Part shown: positions 61,511-64,000 of the stretch, piece by piece
How the letters are laid out: each line of letters begins with the position of its first letter
Numbering within the stretch: position 1 is the first letter of the stretch
Assembly (NCBI GenBank): GCA_963677925.2
Contig: CAXXYH010000003.1
Location: forward strand, 448,001-512,000
Direction: 5' to 3'
DNA: 64,000 bases
Source of the DNA: Spirochaetia bacterium
GTDB taxonomy: Bacteria; Spirochaetota; Spirochaetia; UBA9216
The notes under the pieces: generated by a model
Database searches by the model: none
What the model saw: only the letters and a program-made list of their open reading frames with translations
What the model was told of the DNA's origin: nothing
Translations under genes and position numbers: made by a program

Positions 61511-61783
61511 TCAGCCCTCGAGAGCTTCAAGTCTTTTGTTTCTGAAGTATAGAGCAATATCAATGCTGACCATAACAAAGTTCAGAATATACAGGTAGAT
61601 TACCAGGTCAAAACTGAAAAATACTTTGTGAATAATTCCCGATACGTATCCAAGATTGATTACAAAAAGAAACGGAAGACTCTTTCCGCCTGTTTTTCTG
61701 GATTTAACTGATTTGTAGATGTTAAGCGGCCAGGCTGCTCCAAAACAGATCAGCATAACTGCTTCAAAAATACTGAGATTCAT
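61511..61783 (-). CDS. PQ-loop/SemiSWEET-like 3-TM membrane protein
   Basis: FE-x2-MLICFG-x-AWP..KS..GKS..GY-x2-GI-x-HK. Confidence 0.75.
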   Translation of the reverse strand: MNLSIFEAVMLICFGAAWPLNIYKSVKSRKTGGKSLPFLFVINLGYVSGIIHKVFFSFDLVIYLYILNFVMVSIDIALYFRNKRLEALEG

Positions 61784-61802
61784 ATAATTATATCCTTTTA
61801 GA

Positions 61803-62786
61803 TTAGCTTATTCCGACAGAGGCCTTCATGTACTGGGTTCTCTCATACTTCTCAGGCTGCTCACTCTCTTCCTGACAGAGCATACCATTAAAGTCTGAAA
61901 TTGCCTTGAAGTTCTTTGAATCCATCCATGAAGATATTTCACTGTTAACCTTGCTTATGAAGTCAATTCCGTTCTTATATAAGGCTGTACAAAGCTGAAC
62001 AGATTTTGCTCCTGCAAGAAGCTGTTTGATAACACCTTCTGAATTATGTACACCTGTTGTAGCTGAAAAATCAATATCAATTTCTCCGGAAAGTAGAGCT
62101 ATCCACTGAAGAGCAAGAGAGATTTCCTCCTTCGCACTGTGAACAGGTGAATGTGAAAGCTTTAAATTGTTTATATCGATATCGGGTCTGTAAAATCTGT
62201 TGAAAAGAACAAGACCGTCAAGTCCAAGTTCATTAAATCGTTCAATAACTCCAGCAAGACTTGTAAAATGCGGGCTTATTTTGAATGCAACAGGAATACT
62301 GACCGCCTTCTTAATTTTAGAGGCTATTCCGTAATACATGTTTTCATAATCAGCACTTGTCATAGTCTTATTGACCGGCAGAGTGAAAACATTTATTTCA
62401 AGAGCATCAGCCCCGACATTCTGAAATCTTTCAGCGTACTTAATCCAGGCACCATCGGAAGCACAGTTTATACTTGCAATAACAGGCATATTTACAGCCT
62501 TCTTACAGTCTTCAACGAGCCCAAGGTACTCGTCAAGAAAATAGTTACTGCTCATTCCGTTAAAGAAATCGTAGGCCTCGGCATGAATTTCAGCATTCAT
62601 TCCTTCTGTCATTCTGTTACTGTCGAAAAGAATCTGTTCTTCAAACAGAGATTTTAGAACAACTGCACCTGCACCGGCAGCTTCAATCTGCTTAACCTTT
62701 TCAACGGATGATGTTAATCCTGAACTTGCAGCAATAACCGGTGAGTTGAGTTCAAGTCCCATGTACTTTGTTTTAAGTTCTGCCAT
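61803..62786 (-). CDS. Dihydroorotate dehydrogenase-like flavoprotein (DHOD-like subfamily)
   Basis: TKYMGL-x-L-x-SP, GAGAVVLKSLFEEQI, LFNRFYRPDID, ATTGVH, ERTQYMKA. Confidence 0.87.
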   Translation of the reverse strand: MAELKTKYMGLELNSPVIAASSGLTSSVEKVKQIEAAGAGAVVLKSLFEEQILFDSNRMTEGMNAEIHAEAYDFFNGMSSNYFLDEYLGLVEDCKKAVNMPVIASINCASDGAWIKYAERFQNVGADALEINVFTLPVNKTMTSADYENMYYGIASKIKKAVSIPVAFKISPHFTSLAGVIERFNELGLDGLVLFNRFYRPDIDINNLKLSHSPVHSAKEEISLALQWIALLSGEIDIDFSATTGVHNSEGVIKQLLAGAKSVQLCTALYKNGIDFISKVNSEISSWMDSKNFKAISDFNGMLCQEESEQPEKYERTQYMKASVGIS

Positions 62787-62800
62787 TATTACACTCCGTT

Positions 62801-63244
62801 TTATAAAATATATGGTACGCTTAAATTATAACCCTTATACACAATAAAGGTTTCAACATCAGCTACATCTTCAACCTTCGTAACCTCATGGGTATAAAAT
62901 TCAAGAAGGCTGAATTCTTCGTTAAGCAATACCTGCACGATTATATCATATCTTCCGGTAACAACAGCAACACTAATTACGCCTTTAAGAGAACTGAATT
63001 CCTTCCCCTTCTCAACAAGACGCATATTGTTGACCTTGACACCGATAATAGCTACCTGATGACCGGGTATTTTTTCAGGATCAACGAGTCCGTGAACATT
63101 CAGGATGCCCTCCTCACTCAGCTTGTTGACCCTTGCTCTTACAGTGTTTTCGGTTATAGAGAGCTCATCTGCAATAACCTTGAAAGATTTTCGGCCGTCT
63201 ATGAGGTGACGGATAATCTGCAGGTTTATATCATCAAACTTCAT
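62801..63244 (-). CDS. Lrp/AsnC family regulator
   Basis: DGRKSF..IA..TVRARV..EEG HTH; VTGRYD RAM domain. Confidence 0.92.
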   Translation of the reverse strand: MKFDDINLQIIRHLIDGRKSFKVIADELSITENTVRARVNKLSEEGILNVHGLVDPEKIPGHQVAIIGVKVNNMRLVEKGKEFSSLKGVISVAVVTGRYDIIVQVLLNEEFSLLEFYTHEVTKVEDVADVETFIVYKGYNLSVPYIL

Positions 63245-64000
63245 CGGCCTGATGCAAATTCCTTCATGAAATCAGCAAGTGCAGCTGCGCCCTCGTAAGG
63301 CATTGAGTTATAAACCGAAGCTCTGCATCCGCCTACACTTCTGTGTCCCTTAAGTCCCAGCATACCCCTTCCCTTTGCTGTGTCGATGAACTCTTTTTCA
63401 AGTTTTTCGTCAGCAAGGGTAAATACAATGTTCATGAGGGATCTTGATTCTTTTTCAACAGGACAGTTGTAAAAACCGCCGCTTGAGTCGATTGCATCAT
63501 AAATAACAGCTGCTTTTTTCTCATTGGCAGCAGCTCTTACTGCAAGACCGCCGTCTGCCTTAAGTTTTTTAAGTACAAGCATAGTGGCATAGATGCTGAA
63601 AACAGGCGGTGTATTATAAAGCGAGTTCTTATCTGCATGGATTGAATAATTAAGGTAAGCAGGCAGGCTGTCTGATGATCTTGCTAAAAGATCATCTCTG
63701 GCTATTACCAGCGTGGTTCCAGCCGGCCCCAGATTCTTCTGAGCGCCTGCGTAAATAAGGCCGAATTTCTCAACAGGGACAGGCTTCGACATAATATCAC
63801 TGGACATATCTGCAACCAGAGGAACGTCACCTGTATCAGGATAGTTTTTCCATTCAAGTCCGCCAATGGTTTCATTAGCAGTTATATGAAGGTAGGAAGA
63901 ATCTTCACCGGGAGTAACCGATTTCGGTAAGGTAGTATAGCTTTCAGCCTTACCATCCCATACTGCTCTTGCATTTCCAAGTTTTTTTCCATCCTCGAAA
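63241..64000 (-). CDS. serC: Phosphoserine aminotransferase (5'-partial)
   Basis: NETIGG, DMSSD, YAGAQKNLGPAG, NTPP, RSLMN, GHRSVGGCRAS. Confidence 0.95.
   Translation of the reverse strand, partial: FEDGKKLGNARAVWDGKAESYTTLPKSVTPGEDSSYLHITANETIGGLEWKNYPDTGDVPLVADMSSDIMSKPVPVEKFGLIYAGAQKNLGPAGTTLVIARDDLLARSSDSLPAYLNYSIHADKNSLYNTPPVFSIYATMLVLKKLKADGGLAVRAAANEKKAAVIYDAIDSSGGFYNCPVEKESRSLMNIVFTLADEKLEKEFIDTAKGRGMLGLKGHRSVGGCRASVYNSMPYEGAAALADFMKEFASGR

Overview
64 kb of gene-dense, AT-rich bacterial chromosome. The host is probably a free-living anaerobic diderm, possibly a Spirochaetaceae member; this is inferred from TolC, Cys-lipoproteins, PTS, AOR and sigma54, and is not proven. No rRNA, tRNA, CRISPR, transposase or phage genes were recognised. 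Main blocks: (1) a mannosylfructose-phosphate synthase gene with three frameshifts, and a hemerythrin. (2) An ~18 kb minus-strand catabolic gene cluster (2019-20161) with a clear sigma54 -24/-12 promoter and a divergent PAS-bEBP activator. It encodes a class III aminotransferase, an acylating ALDH whose catalytic Cys is Ser, a LarA racemase, MoaD, AOR, a TRAP transporter, an Fe-S flavoprotein, an M20 amidohydrolase, a CE4/PuuE-like hydrolase, a QrtT-like ECF transporter, a nucleoside hydrolase, a class I aminotransferase and a 2-hydroxyacid dehydrogenase; the substrate is unknown. (3) A tripartite RND pump divergent from an XRE-HTH regulator fused to a CarH-type adenosyl-B12 domain, with twin operator-like sites between them. 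(4) A Re-citrate synthase with a C-terminal Cache-like domain. (5) A self-contained mannitol-type PTS operon lacking mtlD but carrying a SorE/YggP-like dehydrogenase and a 1-phosphofructokinase. (6) An oxyR / ybaN-katG divergon. (7) An accessory stretch of small genes: a putative pseudo-caspase lipoprotein with orphan Opp permeases, a PIN-like protein, a DEDDh nuclease, GNATs, DUFs, yaaA, trpB2 and an internally deleted ICMT pseudogene. (8) A serC-lrp-DHOD-like operon cut by the window end. The best candidates for undescribed systems are the sigma54 catabolic cluster and the B12-photoreceptor-type regulator of an RND pump. All family calls are from motif recognition by eye, not database searches.
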